Shown here one piece after another: positions 39,001-54,000 of a stretch of DNA of 64,000 nucleotides. The notes under the pieces are model-generated. The model was not told the origin of the DNA, searched no databases, and saw only the letters and a program-made list of their open reading frames with translations. The DNA is taken from assembly GCA_002633005.1 (NCBI GenBank), contig NMRA01000458.1, positions 143,109-207,108 of the forward strand, given 5' to 3'. How positions within the stretch are numbered: position 1 is the first letter of the stretch; the number at the start of each line of letters is the position of its first letter. Both the position numbers and the translations under genes were made by a program. Source of the DNA: Phoronis australis. Its lineage: Eukaryota; Animalia; Phoronida.

Positions 39001-42000
39001 ATATTATATTATATCAATAGGGATACTTTGCCCATTTCTGGATTGGTATATGCCTCAGGAGATTTGATATGTACCCTTCTGTAGTGTTTTCAGTGACTAA
39101 ATTAATCTCATAACACTCCTCACTTGCAAATCATTACAAGGGTAACGGTGCTACATGACAAAAACTACTCTCCAGCATAGACTTTTTTGCAAGGACAGTT
39201 ACTCTACTCAATGACACAATCCCATATATCAAGTCAATGGGTGTATCACCTGGTGATACAATGTGTTCTCATGAAAACAGTGACAAACTCTCATAGAAGT
39301 CGTCAAATTTTAATTATATAATCAGACAACTTGTGATAAAAATCAGAGGGAAATGAGTGATGAAATATCTAAAAAAGTGTGTGTGAGTAGATAGCTTTGA
39401 AAAGAACTACACAGTCCATGAAAAACAAATCCAAAGACCAACAGTAAGTTATAAAACTATCAAGAACATCTACATGCCCAATATGCTATATATATGGCTA
39501 CACCTCCTTTCCAACTATCACTTAAACGTGAAGTCAAGAAATATGCTAAGAAAATCAAACTGGGATTAAGGTTAAGTAGGACCTCAAAAAATATGACCTT
39601 CATTTCAACTCATAAATCAAAAAACAGGCTATGTCAAATACTAAAAGTACAATATTTATATATTCTGAAAGAAACAAGATCAGAGATTATAAAAGCATAT
39701 TTCATATTTATGGGCCATTGTTATTATTACGTTATCACCTTTTGAAGTCCAAATTTCATTTTCAAGAAAAGTACATTCATAGCAAAGTAACCCTTGGTCG
39801 ATTTTAACGAAACCCTTTTTAAATGAAAACTTCACAGTTTACCTCAAAAATGCTGTTAGGAGTTTTAGATTACCCATTTAATTTTTGTTTCTAATGACAA
39901 ATTAACTAGAAAATCGTAAGTTTTTTTATTCGTCTATTTTACAGTACACAACAAGAGCAACGCAGAATGCTGAAATGCGCCCACAAATGCATCGCAAATG
40001 GTGTGCTTTTAGGGTTGTATATTAGTATCATCAAAATGGCCACTAGATGGTGCAAAATATGTCGAATCCATCTGAAAACCAGAAAATGCCATCAAGGAAC
40101 TTCACAGAAACAGAGGAAAACAAAAAAAATTTCCATTACGGGGCACAGTGTTCGTAGGATCTGTCTATAAGTCGTCATCTTCTCTAGTGAACTTCATATA
40201 AATACACATGCTAAATTTAATAAAGATCCTGCAGAGGGCTTAGGAGATACAGGTATGGGTGCAAAAACAAAACAAAACAAAACAAAACCACCACTAGGAG
40301 GTGCCACAGTAGTCGAAGGTTTGGTTGTTAGAGGGGCGGATGCCAAAAAAACGACTCAAAAATAGTAAAAATGGCCACAAGATGGTGCAAAATGCCTAAA
40401 ATCCATCCAAAAATAAGAGCATAGCGTCAGCTCATTAATAGATGCCTATGAGCCAAATTTCATCAAAATCGGTCGAGGACCTTTGAAGATACAGAGGCAA
40501 ACATAAAAAATAAAATTGCCAATAGGGGGCACAGTGGTATTCGGGTCGGTCCGAAACTCGTCAAACTCTGTCATCAACCCTTAGGCTATAAGAACACACC
40601 TGCCAAATTTCAATAAGATCCTGCAAGGGGTGTAGAAGATCCAGCCACGGATGCCGGACGCCCAGACAGAGATGACGGCAATATGCGACCACATACAAAT
40701 ATGTGGGCGCATAAAAATTAGTCTCTTAAAAGGAAAATCCTACCAAAATTTCAGAGATTGATGAATAAATATTAAAATAGAAAAGTTTCAGTGAAATTCA
40801 CTGAGCCATTTTCGAGAACTCGTGTTCCTAAGTTCAAATTAAGTCGATTTGCTGAAGCTGATAAAAAGTGGAAAATGTTGTGAGCTTTCAAAATCTGACG
40901 GTTATCGCTTAATTATTTAGTGAAAAACTTGTTTTCATTGGTCAATTTAACCTATCCATGCAGTAACCATGTTCACTATCTCAACATTTACTCGCAATGT
41001 CAAATGATTTTGCAGTGGGTAATTAACTTAATTATCACTAAAACATTTTAATTTTGTACGTGGTGTTTCATGTATCTCAAGGTATCTAGGTCAAAAGGCG
41101 GAGCCAGCAGTAAGTAAATCTTTCATTGTAAATATTACATTTAATAAAATAATAATAAAAGTTCATTGTATACACACCACGTGGTGGAGAGAATGATATC
41201 AAGAAACCAAGTACGAAATGGACAATAGAAATCGAGTTGGTGGTTAAAGCATGCGATTGAAACAGCCAAATGACAAATTACCTATCAAATTAATGAATTC
41301 CGGGGAGGATTTATCGTTTTTAACAACTTGTGTAAGTGAACACAAAGCCACAGAGGCGGTTCAGCGACTCAGTATCTGTGTATTCATTCTCAATGGTCGT
41401 TTGCATACAGACGCACAACACCCTCAGGATAAAAACTACGTTTTATCTTCGTTTTCCATCAAACCAATGCCAACTCCGTGAATGAAAGGACTGAGGGTAC
41501 ATATGGAACTGTTCTATGCGTGACGGGAGATTCGATCTGAGTGACAGCCCCATAACCTTTGACCTCGGATAAGTAGTAAACAAATTTCCATGCTACTGAA
41601 AATGATTGTGTAAATTTTTTTTCTCGCTACATGGTATATATTACCCGAGAATGAAGATAAAGTATTTTGCTAGACGTGAAATATTGTAAAAACATCCAAT
41701 TTTTGTGAATAAGGTTTGAGATATCATTTAGCTAACTTTGGAAAACCATGTCTCAGAAATGGCTAATCAGATTCATTTTCAGATACGATGTTTCATGCAG
41801 TTCTCCAAAATCCTATTAGGAATGAATGTTTTTAAAATGTTCCACATTGCATCCGAGGCTATCCAAAATGAAAAAACTCGTAAGTTGCATGAAACGATAA
41901 TTTAAAAACTGAAATAACCTTTCTGAGATTCCATCTTGACATTTATATCAAAAGAATTGGAGTTAAGTTATGGACTCTGTTGTTTTGCTATTTGCTATCA

Positions 42001-45000
42001 ATGTACCTTTCCATTTTGCTAAATTTTACTAAAAATATAGTCAACAAATGGTAAACTAGTAAAAAGTCAAAAATCAAATTCTGAACTCAAGGCTTTCTAC
42101 TTTCAGAAAATCTATGATTACCGAGTTGAAATCTATACTTTTGTAGCTATAAGGCTAAATACATACAACATCCTACATAACCTTAAAACGCCGGTTTGAT
42201 CATTCAGGTGGGTGGGAACTGATAATTACCTGTGACTGAATTAAAGTGGTCAAATTTTGGAAAGAGCAGCTGGTCTGATGATATTCTAACATGATATATT
42301 TTACTCATAATTGATCTGTATGTTTTCATGGCAACAAAAATAAAGCTATAGCAGGTTTAAAAAATTTTTGAAACCACTTAATATGTATGTTACCAGATTT
42401 TGAGTTTGATGGTTCAGATGGCTAAACTGAAGGAAATGTAATTTTAACAGTGAATCAGTTGCAAACACTTGACAAATGTGCTATCCAATAAGCTAAAAGA
42501 GTGCATAGCTACCTCCTGCGGTGTTAGTTGATGTGGATGACACCAGGTGGTCAACTGGTTCTCAAGATCTGACCTCAGCTTATCAATGTCCAGGTGACTA
42601 GGCTAGAGAATAAAGACAAAATGAAACAATTGAGACTAGACAGTGAACAAGCATCCATTTACCTGGTGTCTGACAGCTGCAAATTTGTATTGAAAAAGGT
42701 GTGACATGGTCAATTCGTTAACATCTGCATGGAAGTTTGCTTCAAAAGATTTTATTCAATTGTGCTAATTTCAGGTTAATTAAATCTGCCCTATAATACT
42801 TAGGAAGCTAAGTCGAAGAAAAAGCACAATTTATGATGTAACAGCATAATTTACAATCCTGCATCATTATGCAACCAAATACCAGGCTAAGTTTAAAACA
42901 TCAGTTTTGCAATCAAAAGGACTTTTCACAAAAAAACAGGCACTTAGCTCACACTCACAAAGTAATTAAAATTCTACTACAGTGAAGACGTAATAAACGA
43001 TCACCTTACCTCCAACACATTTAGTGATTCCATCTGTGTGTGTATACTTGACAGAGCACTTCGTTGCACCATAGATGTCGCTACACGTTCACCATCCACC
43101 ACCATCTGCACATCTTCTTCACCACCCTTGTCACCATCTCCTGGCTCTGAAGGTTGTGTGGGGTTGGCTGGTCTACTATTGGATACATGGGCAGGCTCCT
43201 TATCTGTATCCTGATAATACAAAGTTACAAAATTCATTGAATTTGCAGGGTGACCAAAAAGAACCAAACCCACAAAAGTACATTAAAGTTCAATGCAAAC
43301 CGACTTGTATGGTTAAAACTTTGAGGAAAGACCATTAGACTGAAGTTGAGGACCGACCAAAGTTGAAGAAAATAAATGGATTTATGAAGGACTAATCCTG
43401 TAAAGTTAGGCAAAAGATGACGCGGCAGTGTAATACCTGTAATACCTGTCACGGACAGGATCATTGGGGATATGCTGGTGCATTAATCCCCTCCCCAGAC
43501 CATCCCCGTGACAGCAGAAGGCACAGAACTCCAGGGCTGACGTTGCCTGTAAGCATTTGATTAGACAGCACTCAGGCACAGCCCTTCTTGTGACTCTTCG
43601 CAGCATGGCCATAAATAATACCTGCTTCGAGCAGGCGGCTGCCATCATTGAACTCAGCCAGCTGGGATGCAGTCTGCTCGAGGTTGCGTTTGCGAGCCAG
43701 CAGCGGCAGTGAAGTTTGGTGGTGGGTATGCAAAATTACAACGTAGGTGGCCGACAAGCAAGATTCAGCCGTTGACTAAAAATGCTTGAAATAAATAACT
43801 TGTCTATAACAAGATTCTTAAGTTCATACAGAACTTTGTTAATAGGATTTGAAAACTTTTCTTAATCCAGTATTTCTGACATAAAAAGATCAACAATAAT
43901 CAAAATTGCAGACTCTGAAAAGTTAGTACATTTAACAATTCCATGACTTTTTGCTGATTTCAAGGCCTTTCAATTTTAAGCTGAAATTCCATGATTTGTC
44001 AATGAAGACATATTCCGAACTCCCAGCCTTTTACTGAGCTGCATGAATATTGTGTTTCCAAAGAAAGAGAAACTATAATAATGTTACAGAACAAAGACAA
44101 ATAAAAAGCCTACCTCGTGTAGAGCATAACATGAGGAAAACAAGGCACATGATTGACATGCGTGTTGTGAACAAGGTGAGGAATACAAGAACACAGGTCA
44201 AAATCTTTTGAGATTTACTAATGGCAAAACAAAGCGATTCGTATTAATTTAACACAAAATACATTTGTTAAAGCGACCATCAAAAGAGTAAGTTGCCACC
44301 TGTTTTTGTTTAACAACAGACTGAACATAAAACATTACCTTGACTTCCTCATCATCATTTGGCCTTATGTCCATGTCCTCCTTATTTTCAGGCTCCTCCC
44401 CTTCTTCCATATAAGGAATGTGGCGGGTCTCATGTTGCTCAGCAGTGGCAGCATCTATGGTCTGTGCATCGTAAGTCTCATCAGGCTTTTTAATATGCTC
44501 ATACACATCTGACGTTTCATCCTTCGTAGATGGCTAAAACAACAACCAGTTTCAATTCTTGCATTTCGGTTATTTTTCATTTTTTAGTCTATCAGCAAAG
44601 AAATAAGCCAAATGAAAAAAAATTGTATCACACCTTAAAACCATTGCACAGAATTTTGAAAACATTCATGCACCTCCTGTTGAATTCTAAGAGAATTGTG
44701 TGTCAAAATAATAATCTTGAAAATAACATTTCACACATAAAGTGTATTTGGCATTATAATTATACAACCATTATGACTGTAAAAACTCAGAATGTCATTT
44801 AGATTTTGTTGATGCAGGTTTTAGTTATAATTTTCCATAGCACACAGATTTGGTTTATATGTCAAAAAGTGTGTGAGCAAAGTTGACCATTCGATAAAAA
44901 ATAAATTGAAACCGAGTGTGCACTGTCCACCATCAGCTACATGACTGACAGAAGGACGATGTGTGCACTGTCCACCATCAGCTACATGACTGACAGAAGG

Positions 45001-48000
45001 ACGATGTGTGCACCATCCACCATCAGCTAGATGACTGACAGAAGGACGATGTGTGCACTGTCCACCATCAGCTACATGACTGACAGAAGGACGATGTGTG
45101 CACTGTCCACCATCAGCTAGATGACTGACAGAAGGAAGACACATTCATCACACCATATCCATTATCAGACGCTTCCCTACTCCGTTAAAGTTAATATTCC
45201 AAGTGATTGTATTATACCTCTGGTCCACTGTTGGTTGATGAGGGCTCTATGGTTTGTAATTTCTTGTTTACTGTTTCATCCACATTCCCAACAATGCGGT
45301 CATCATCAGACTTGCCAGGTTTACTTTGAGAACTCTGCAGAAGACGAAAAATTAAATTGTTGACAGTCGTTGCTAGGCTACATAGAAAATTCATTAAACA
45401 TTGTCACTAAAGGGAAACAATTGTTGTGGGTGAAAACAGAAATGATTAGAAACTTGAACCATTTCACAGCGCCTTCTGCTTAGTCAGTAGATTAAAATGT
45501 GCATTAAGAACTGCTTTCATCACAGAAGCCCGTTTATCAGGAGCACTGAGTTTGGATCTGTGTGTAGCAGATTAATTGACATATCAGTGATGACTTCACG
45601 AAAATGAAACATTGGCTAGAATAAATTGATATATGGTGAACCAAAAGTGATGATTTTTCAAACCCTTTGGCTTCAGTCTATAATTGAATTGCCGTAAGAT
45701 AATTTTACCAAAGGAAATACCGTGAAAATTAACCAAAACAGATCTGTTAGGTTTCACTTCTTTCGTACCCATTCATGAAATAGTTAGTAAACGGGTTTTA
45801 TAAAACTTTGATCCAAGGTAGATAATTGGCCTTTGAGTCATGATGCCGGACAAAAGACTGAATGAACACTTAACATTAATTTGAAAACTACTGTAATCTA
45901 GAGTTGAAACCAAATGAGAGGTTTTTGTAATGCACACTATCAACCAAAATGCCATTGCAGTTAGCAAGGTGGGAGGAAGCTAACACAAATGGTAACTGCA
46001 ATGATCATAAAAGAAAGAATTAATCTAAAACACTGACCTGCCTGTCTCTACTGGAGCTGCCGCCACGTACAACACTTGTTGTTTCCGAGTTCTGACCCGT
46101 GGCCATCTCTGACTCAGCAAGACCAGTGCCCTCTGTTGTCTGCTCCTGCTCATCACAGCCAGTTGCTGAGTCTTGTGCAGTGTCGCTTTGCTCAGGCGAC
46201 GTAGTTTCTTGTTGGGTCTTGCCGTACTGCTCGCCTGATTGGACCTTCTCTTCACTCTCAGCCTGTTCTTCATGCTTAGTGGTATCAGAAGCATGTGGCT
46301 CCTCCTAAAGAGACAAAATGGAATAAAATTTTGAGTTAGTTTAATGACATTCATGGCTTTTGTCCACTTCCTCACGCTCAGCTGCGCTCATGGCAAGTGG
46401 CTTTTTTATGGGGAAATAAAGCATTTGGCACTAACAGAATTACAACAGAAGAGTGTAATTAATATAAAAACACTAGCTAACATTCAAGTAATTTCAGTTT
46501 CCTTGAAACAAGCCATGTTGCAATATTCAAGACAGTTTTAATGATTTCAAACCAAATCAAATGGGGAAAGGCAACGTTATTACAGAACCCTGAAAAGAAA
46601 CAATTATTGGACCGACTAAAGATGAAATTTTAAATAAAATTAACAACTTACATAAAATATATTTAAAAGACCTACAAATTTTAGTAACACTGGTCAAGCA
46701 TTTTGTAAAAAGGAAACTCTAGAGGTTCTACCGGTGAATTGATTCCCTGGTCTCCGTCACCCTCGTTCTCATCTTGATCAGTTTCCATGGCAACTTCAGT
46801 TTCTTGCTCCTCTGTTCCCTCATCTCCGCCATCTTCTCCCTAATATAAACAAACAAACAATCACGTTAATGTATTCTGTAGAAATGATGGAAAATACTGT
46901 GAGCCTTTAACCTAAAATGAGAACTGTCTTTGACTAACTGTTAACATTTCTACTCAACATTGATTCATTTGATATCCCAAAAGTGATTTTCACAATTTAA
47001 CATAGTGGCACGCAATTGGAAATTTAAAACATTACCGAGTTGTAACTAGCAAACTTTGTTCCTACACCATTAACCAGTATTCACTAAGAAATGATGATTC
47101 CACGTCATTACGTAAAAACAGACCTGAGTGTAGCTTTTTTGACTAAAAAATTACCATATTTAAACTATTGAAAACACTGCAAACCACTCTTCCACATGGA
47201 GCAGACGAACTATCTAATCAATACATTACAGAACCTCCACATAACCTCTACTCACCTCTGGCGCCATCTGTTGTGACATCTCCTCCTCCTCCCCATTACC
47301 TTCACCAACATCCTTCTCTTGCTCCTCTGCCAGATTGTCATTCACCTCCTCCAGGTTGTCATCCTCCATTTTAATTTCAGGCTCTTGCGCCATATCAGGA
47401 ACTTCGTTGTCATCTGCAGACAAGAGTCACAATCCATTCAAAAGGTTCTTGCTCCAATAAGTTAGCATGGTACTTATTCACAATTGTATGGGAACGCTGA
47501 GACACATAGTAGGTGGCTCAGTTAACTCCATACCTTCATAATTAACCAAGAGTTGCATAATAACTACACCTTAATATATGGTACATTAACAACGTGGTAA
47601 AGTACTTTAAGAAATTTGACAAAATAAATTCCACATAATGTATTAAAACAGGATCATCAAGTATTACAAAATAAATTCCACATTGTGTGTTAAAACAGGA
47701 TCATCAAGTATTACAAAATAAATTCCACATAATGTATTAAAACAGGATCATCAAGTATTACAAAATAAATTCCACATTGTGTGTTAAAACAGGATCATCA
47801 AGTATTACAAAATAAATTCCACATAATGTATTAAAACAGGATCATCAAGTATTACAAAATAAATTCCACATTGTGTGTTAAAACAGGATCATCAAGTATT
47901 ACAAAATAAATTCCACATAATGTATTAAAACAGGATCATCAAGTATTACAAAATAAATTCCACATTGTGTGTTAAAACAGGATCATCAAGTATTACAAAA

Positions 48001-51000
48001 TAAATTCCACATAATGTATTAAAACAGGATCATCAAGTATTACAAAATAAATTCCACATTGTGTGTTAAAACAGGATCATCAAGTATTACAAAATAAATT
48101 CCACATAATGTATTAAAACAGGATCATCAAGTATTACAAAATAAATTCCACATAATGTATTAAAACAGGATCATCAAGTATTACAAAACTGTAAGTGTAC
48201 CTGCATTCCTGTCTCTATCATCAGCTTCTTCATCATCCAGCTTCAGGTCATCAGGGACATCCATCACCTCAGGCTCTTGTTCTACATCCTGCTGGCCATA
48301 GTGTGGGTCGATCTTATCATCATCATATTCCGTCTGTAGAAGCATTATATGAAATGTCAGAAGTATGCACAAAGAACATGCCAACAAAACAAATGGGCTG
48401 ACACCAACAATGGCAGTTCTCTTGTATATTGTATGCAGCAAAGCACCACTCACATTTCGCTTCCTCTCTGTCCTCTCTCCCTCCTAATTCATCCCTCCCT
48501 TGCTTACCCTACCAAACTCATTCTCAGTCTCCACCACATCCCCCTCCCCTCCCTTTTTTAACCTTCATCATCCCACCACTCACCTCATCTTCTGGAGGCT
48601 TCATCTCATTTATCTTCTCCTCTCCAATTTCTTGCTCCTTTTCCTTTCCCTCCTCTGTCTTCTTTCCTTCTCCCTTGTCTTCATTCTCATCCTTAGCCAC
48701 CATTTCACTCTCCGCCTCTCCAGCTGCACCAGGTCCTTGCTCTTCTTTCTTATCCTAAATGGAGACAATCTCAAAACTAAATAGCACAACAAACCCTTTT
48801 TTCCTAAATAAAGCTTTACCAACAGCAGTCTTCTCCAAAAATGCAGTATTCTTAGGTTCAATGGATGAAAACATCAATTTTTCGTCATTATAACACCCTC
48901 ATGCAATTCGAAAATAATGGTCTTCAAATTTGCCAAACTTTCACATTTTGGTTGTTAGGGTCATACGCCTTAATGCCGCAGTAATTTACAAGAACATATT
49001 TTGTAATTTTCTAAAAATTACTTAAGGCAACTGGAAATTTTATCCCAATACCCACATCAACAGTTGAAACATGTTGGTTCTTTATATTATAAATTAATCA
49101 ATTTCTATTCTTTGCGTTCTGCTGTTGATGCAGCTTCTGCAATGTCTTCCTTTGACCACCAATACACATCCTTGTCATGTAACAAAGTGGACCCAGAGGT
49201 TTGAAATGGTTAGTTTACCCCCACAGCCATCAATTTACATGGATTGCTTAAAGTATTAATTAAATAATCCTTACTGTCAGATATGGCAGACTGTTTGAGT
49301 GAGTTTTAAAGCTTTTTCTAAACTTGTGAGGTAATTATTTTGTAACCAAACCTTCAGTATGGTTACTTAAATTTATTAACACAATAAACCATGGTTTTGT
49401 ATCCCTTTAACATGACTAATTCATTCATTTCACCTCCTCAGTTTCTTCTTCACTCTCATCTCCGCCCCATATCTGTTCATCCAGTTTGTCTGAGTTTTGT
49501 CCATCTACCTCACCCATCTGCTTGTCAAGCTGTGGTTCGTCTTCTCCTTCTGACTCAGAATTGTCTCCCTCTGCAAGACATGCACGAAAGTATAAAATAA
49601 TGATACATTACATTTTTGACATCTCAGAACAGTGGAAGAGTGGTTGGCACAAAATACTATGAGGACAGCTGATAACAGAAACTTCTTCAACTTTCAGGAA
49701 CACAAGACTTTAGTATACATAGCTTACTTCTGACCGCTTGTTTGATAGACCACAATATCTAAATGAATAATGTACACACATCAGTAGTCTGTTGCATTAG
49801 AGCCAACAAAGTGAATTAGATGACCATAGCCAAGCATGTAGCTGGCTGAGAACAGGATAGAATTCAATAACACTAGTGTCTAGCTGGAAAAGCAAGATCT
49901 TGCGAGATTCCACAAGAAATTGCTGCATATTTTCAATGAGAGAATGTTATTCTGGTTAATATTTTTCTTGCCATAAAATGTTATTGAATTCTACCTAGGA
50001 ACAAAATCTTTACATATTTTGAACTATCATTTCAACTTCAATGAACCACCAAATGAAATTGTCAGATTTTATCTAAAAACTGTAACTTATGCACGCCTCT
50101 AAATTGTTTCCATCAAATTTAAGCCAGTTTTATACTTTATTTCTGTTATGTTAGACTGAATGACTTTTTTGTCATTTAGTATTAATTATTTCATTATCAT
50201 TATTATATTCACTATTCACTAATGGTTTACTCCATTAATTGTGTGTCATCTAAATGACTCATATACGAATGCATTATTAATTGCCAGCATTATCCTTGCC
50301 AGCATGATTTCTATTCATCATCTGTTTGGTGATTTTGTATTTTTTCTTTAACATAACCTTGTTCCAATATTCATTTATCATGACAAATTAAATTCAATCA
50401 ACCAATCAATTCAACATAACTAAAGCAAGCAAAAATAACGTAAAACCTTAGGTGCAATGATAAAAAACATGATTTATACTGTCTTCAACTACGGACAACA
50501 AATTGCAAAAAACCAAGAGTGTTCCCATAGTGACAGAGTTAACTTCAAACAGCACTCACCTGTAGCCTCCAGGTCCTGCAGTTTACCATCAAAATCATCC
50601 GACATTTCAATGGCGTTGTCCTCCGACTTGATGTCAGGTTCATCACTGTGGTCTTCTGACTGTTTCTCCTCTCCTGCTTTCTGGGCTTCATCCAACTGCA
50701 AGCGGGCACAAACAACCTCACATCTGCATATCACACAATAACAGTTAACATCTCACATTTTTATTGTAGTGCACAAATTTTAATGGAAACGGAGGAATTG
50801 ATCACTGCAGCCATTGTTAATCGCTACCAAGGTATTGTTACAATGAATGGCAATGATCAGGCAATAGTGTTACTTGTTCAGTATTACCAAACCCTCACGG
50901 GAATGGCAGACTGAATTAGTTATCAACTCCAAACTCTTAAGTATTGTCTACAAACTAAATGCTGTTCTCAGACCTTGTAACTGATTGACCATCATTCATA

Positions 51001-54000
51001 ACACATTCTTATTTACAGCGGCCTCACCTGGTCTTCATTCTCAATCTGGTCACTCACATCCTTGGCTCCCTGGCCCTCACCAAGGCCGCCTCCTTCAATA
51101 TCCTCAAACTGTGTCGCCCCTTCACCGTCCATCTCATCTGACAACTCCGCAGGCAGACAGAAACCCTACAAACAAAATCCAGCTAAATGAGGGATTAGTT
51201 ACATACAACCTGGTTAAAACCACAACACAAGTGTGATCTACTGACTAATTTGATGCACACCAGCTGGTATCGTGTTCTACTGATGCCTCCCATTGGAACT
51301 TGTGGTATCACTAATGGCTCATATGCTGTGTTTTGTGACCACTTTATGACCTGTTGCTGCAATAATTAGCCTTGCTTCACTGTATCGGTCTAATTCTTCA
51401 GAAGAGTAAAATAACACAATCATACAACAGGCCTTCTCCAACATTACTACCATACTCAACCTCTCCTAGCATTCAAGCGAACCTATAACGTGTAAATCTC
51501 GAACACGTCACCATTTCAAAGCTGAAGCTTATTCACAAAGCGATCTATCACCTTTAAAGTCAGCTCTGAGAAGATCCCCAACAGCACTGCGGCCAATTTA
51601 CATGTTGCTCTGTGAGACTCCAGCAACTGTACTACGTAGTACTGAACTAGATGAAGATACTGGTCATACAGAGGGAGTTGAGCCAGCACTAGGTGGCAGC
51701 ACTGAGCCACAGACTCATCACTGGTTGATTTTTCACCCTGCAAGGTGACGATGTCGGAAAGCAATTCAGTAATGCCAGTGGCGACCTTGGACAGATTGAG
51801 ACCATCACAGTCTTGGTACAAACTCTTGGTCAGATGCTCTGACAGGTGATTGGTTAATAATCCAGAATCGTCCTCTAAAAACACAAAGAGAATATTATCA
51901 AAACATCAAACTGCACACAGGCATTAACGAGACAGTATGTAATGATTGTCTTGTCAACTGATTCGCACAAAAGACGACAACAGGATGTGCCAAACTTTTA
52001 TGTCATTTTGAAAATGTTACACAATATCAGTCTTAAGAATGACCACTGCATAGGCAGAGTGCTGAAAATTTTGTTATTGATCAGCCAATAAGATCACCAG
52101 AAAATGAAAACCAGTCTCAAACAATTAATAAACCACTGAACTGATAGACACACAACAGGACTGGAATCTGAGTTAGTCTCAATGCAAATAAAAGCAAGAA
52201 AACGAGATTTTGATTCAATTTTTCCTTGGTGGTGATCAGAATTGTATATTAGGTAGACTCTAAAACTATTAAATGAATACAAAACGAAAAGTTCAGTCTG
52301 AAACTACCAACGGTAACAAATCCTCTGAACACTTTATTTACATAGTATTTTGTACCAGCAACTTTGTAAAAAGTGGCAGACATGCCAACAAGGAACCATC
52401 CCCATAAAAATGCCAATATGTGTGAAATTTGCACTCTCGAAATCCCATTCCATACCACAGTTTAGTTTTATTGTATAAATAAATCTTCACTTCACCTGCA
52501 CCTTCATCACTAGAGCACTGACTCTTGAACACATTCTGCACTCCCACCAAGATAGTTGTGACAAGCTCTTCCATTTTTGTTGTGAATTCTTCCACTTTCA
52601 AACAAGGGCTTGCTTCAGTCATTTCAAAGGATCTTTTCAATCCCTTTGTCCAATCGGTGTACTGGTGATATTTCTTCTCTATTTCTGAGCCCATGAAGAC
52701 TAAGGACTCGTTGAAACAGTTCACGGTTAAGATACCAGGAGAACTGAAGTGCTTGGCTATTTCAACAAGTTTACTTGAGAGATTGTTAAGCTTTTGAAAC
52801 ACAGAGCTAAGAAGGTCCACATAGTTCCTGAAAAAGAATATTTATGAACATGGTGCAATTAGGAAACAGAAATGGTCAGGAAGATGTTTTCATGCGTTAG
52901 ATGGCTTTGGTCCACAATTTACAAACTTTTAGATTATAGTGATTTTCACTGAAACAGAAACACATCACCTCGGTACCATATTCGTTCAATGACCAAGAAT
53001 TCAATGAACAAACAAGCATTGCTAAATTAAGATGTGTAAATTATCCATGGAAAATTGAAAATTTCTTAGGAATACTAAGAGAAGACAATTTTTTGTTCAC
53101 CTCAAAAAGTAGTTGAAGATGAAATTCTTTGTTTTAGTTGAATGTCCTTCCTACGCTAGTTTGAAAGCAAGATGCGATATATGCCCACAACTTGTATGTC
53201 AGCAAACTTTTGCTACTATTATGTCTAATTCAAAAAACATATTAATTAATAAATAAATAAATAATAAACATTTAGAAATTTGCCACATATTTATTGTGTT
53301 CCTTTGCGAGGTGAGAAAAGCTTACATAATTACGATCATTGTATCTGACAGTATATGATATATGGACACTGCTGGTGCTCATCAGGTGGAAGTATATGAG
53401 GGTTGGTGGACTTAGTGCTGTCAATAAAGTTATAATTATTAATAAAAAGACTTACCATGTGTAAATATCAGATTCATGAGAAAGTACACTATCTCTTACT
53501 TCTGCAGCAGTGTCTTGCAAAATCTGAAGGAAAACAAAATTGTTAACAGGATAATAGAAGCAGGTGACAAAATTTCAAAATTCACTACCTCTGGCTATCA
53601 GAGGTGTAGGGCTTGCAGAAGTGAACGCTGCATTTGATGTAACTGAAATAAGTTTGTCTCACATCATTCAGTGAAACTTTTGACAGTTTTCCAGATAGGC
53701 ACCATAGGGTGGGCCATGACAAAAAAAATTTTTGTTTCGTCTTGTCTTACCCGTTCTCTGGGATGGACAGTTTTATTAGTAGAAATACGTAATTTTGGGC
53801 ATGCTTATTTTTGTTGCAAAAATAAGGATCTTGTTTTACAATTGATAAAAATTTTTAATCCGGCTGTAAACAGATATTTTGAGTGGCGCACATAAACGGT
53901 CAAGCGCGTGAGAAGAAACTGATTTTTCAATCTATGCCTTACATATTTTGTCACATTTAATACCTTTAGTTCATCAACAATAACTGTCCACTGTTCACTA

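Noticed and set aside
43410-43775. Telomerase RNA, RNase P/MRP, 7SK or U3 identity for the structured island
   Set aside because: No CTAACCCT template nearby on either strand and no recognisable conserved boxes; a GCGAAGAGT match to the CR4/5 region is too short and lacks the P6.1 stem.
45484-45523. C/D box snoRNA (GTGATGA...CTGA on minus strand with terminal stem)
   Set aside because: Only ~40 nt between the boxes, too short.
47619-48188. CRISPR-like regular array
   Set aside because: No unique spacers, no cas genes, eukaryotic intron context.
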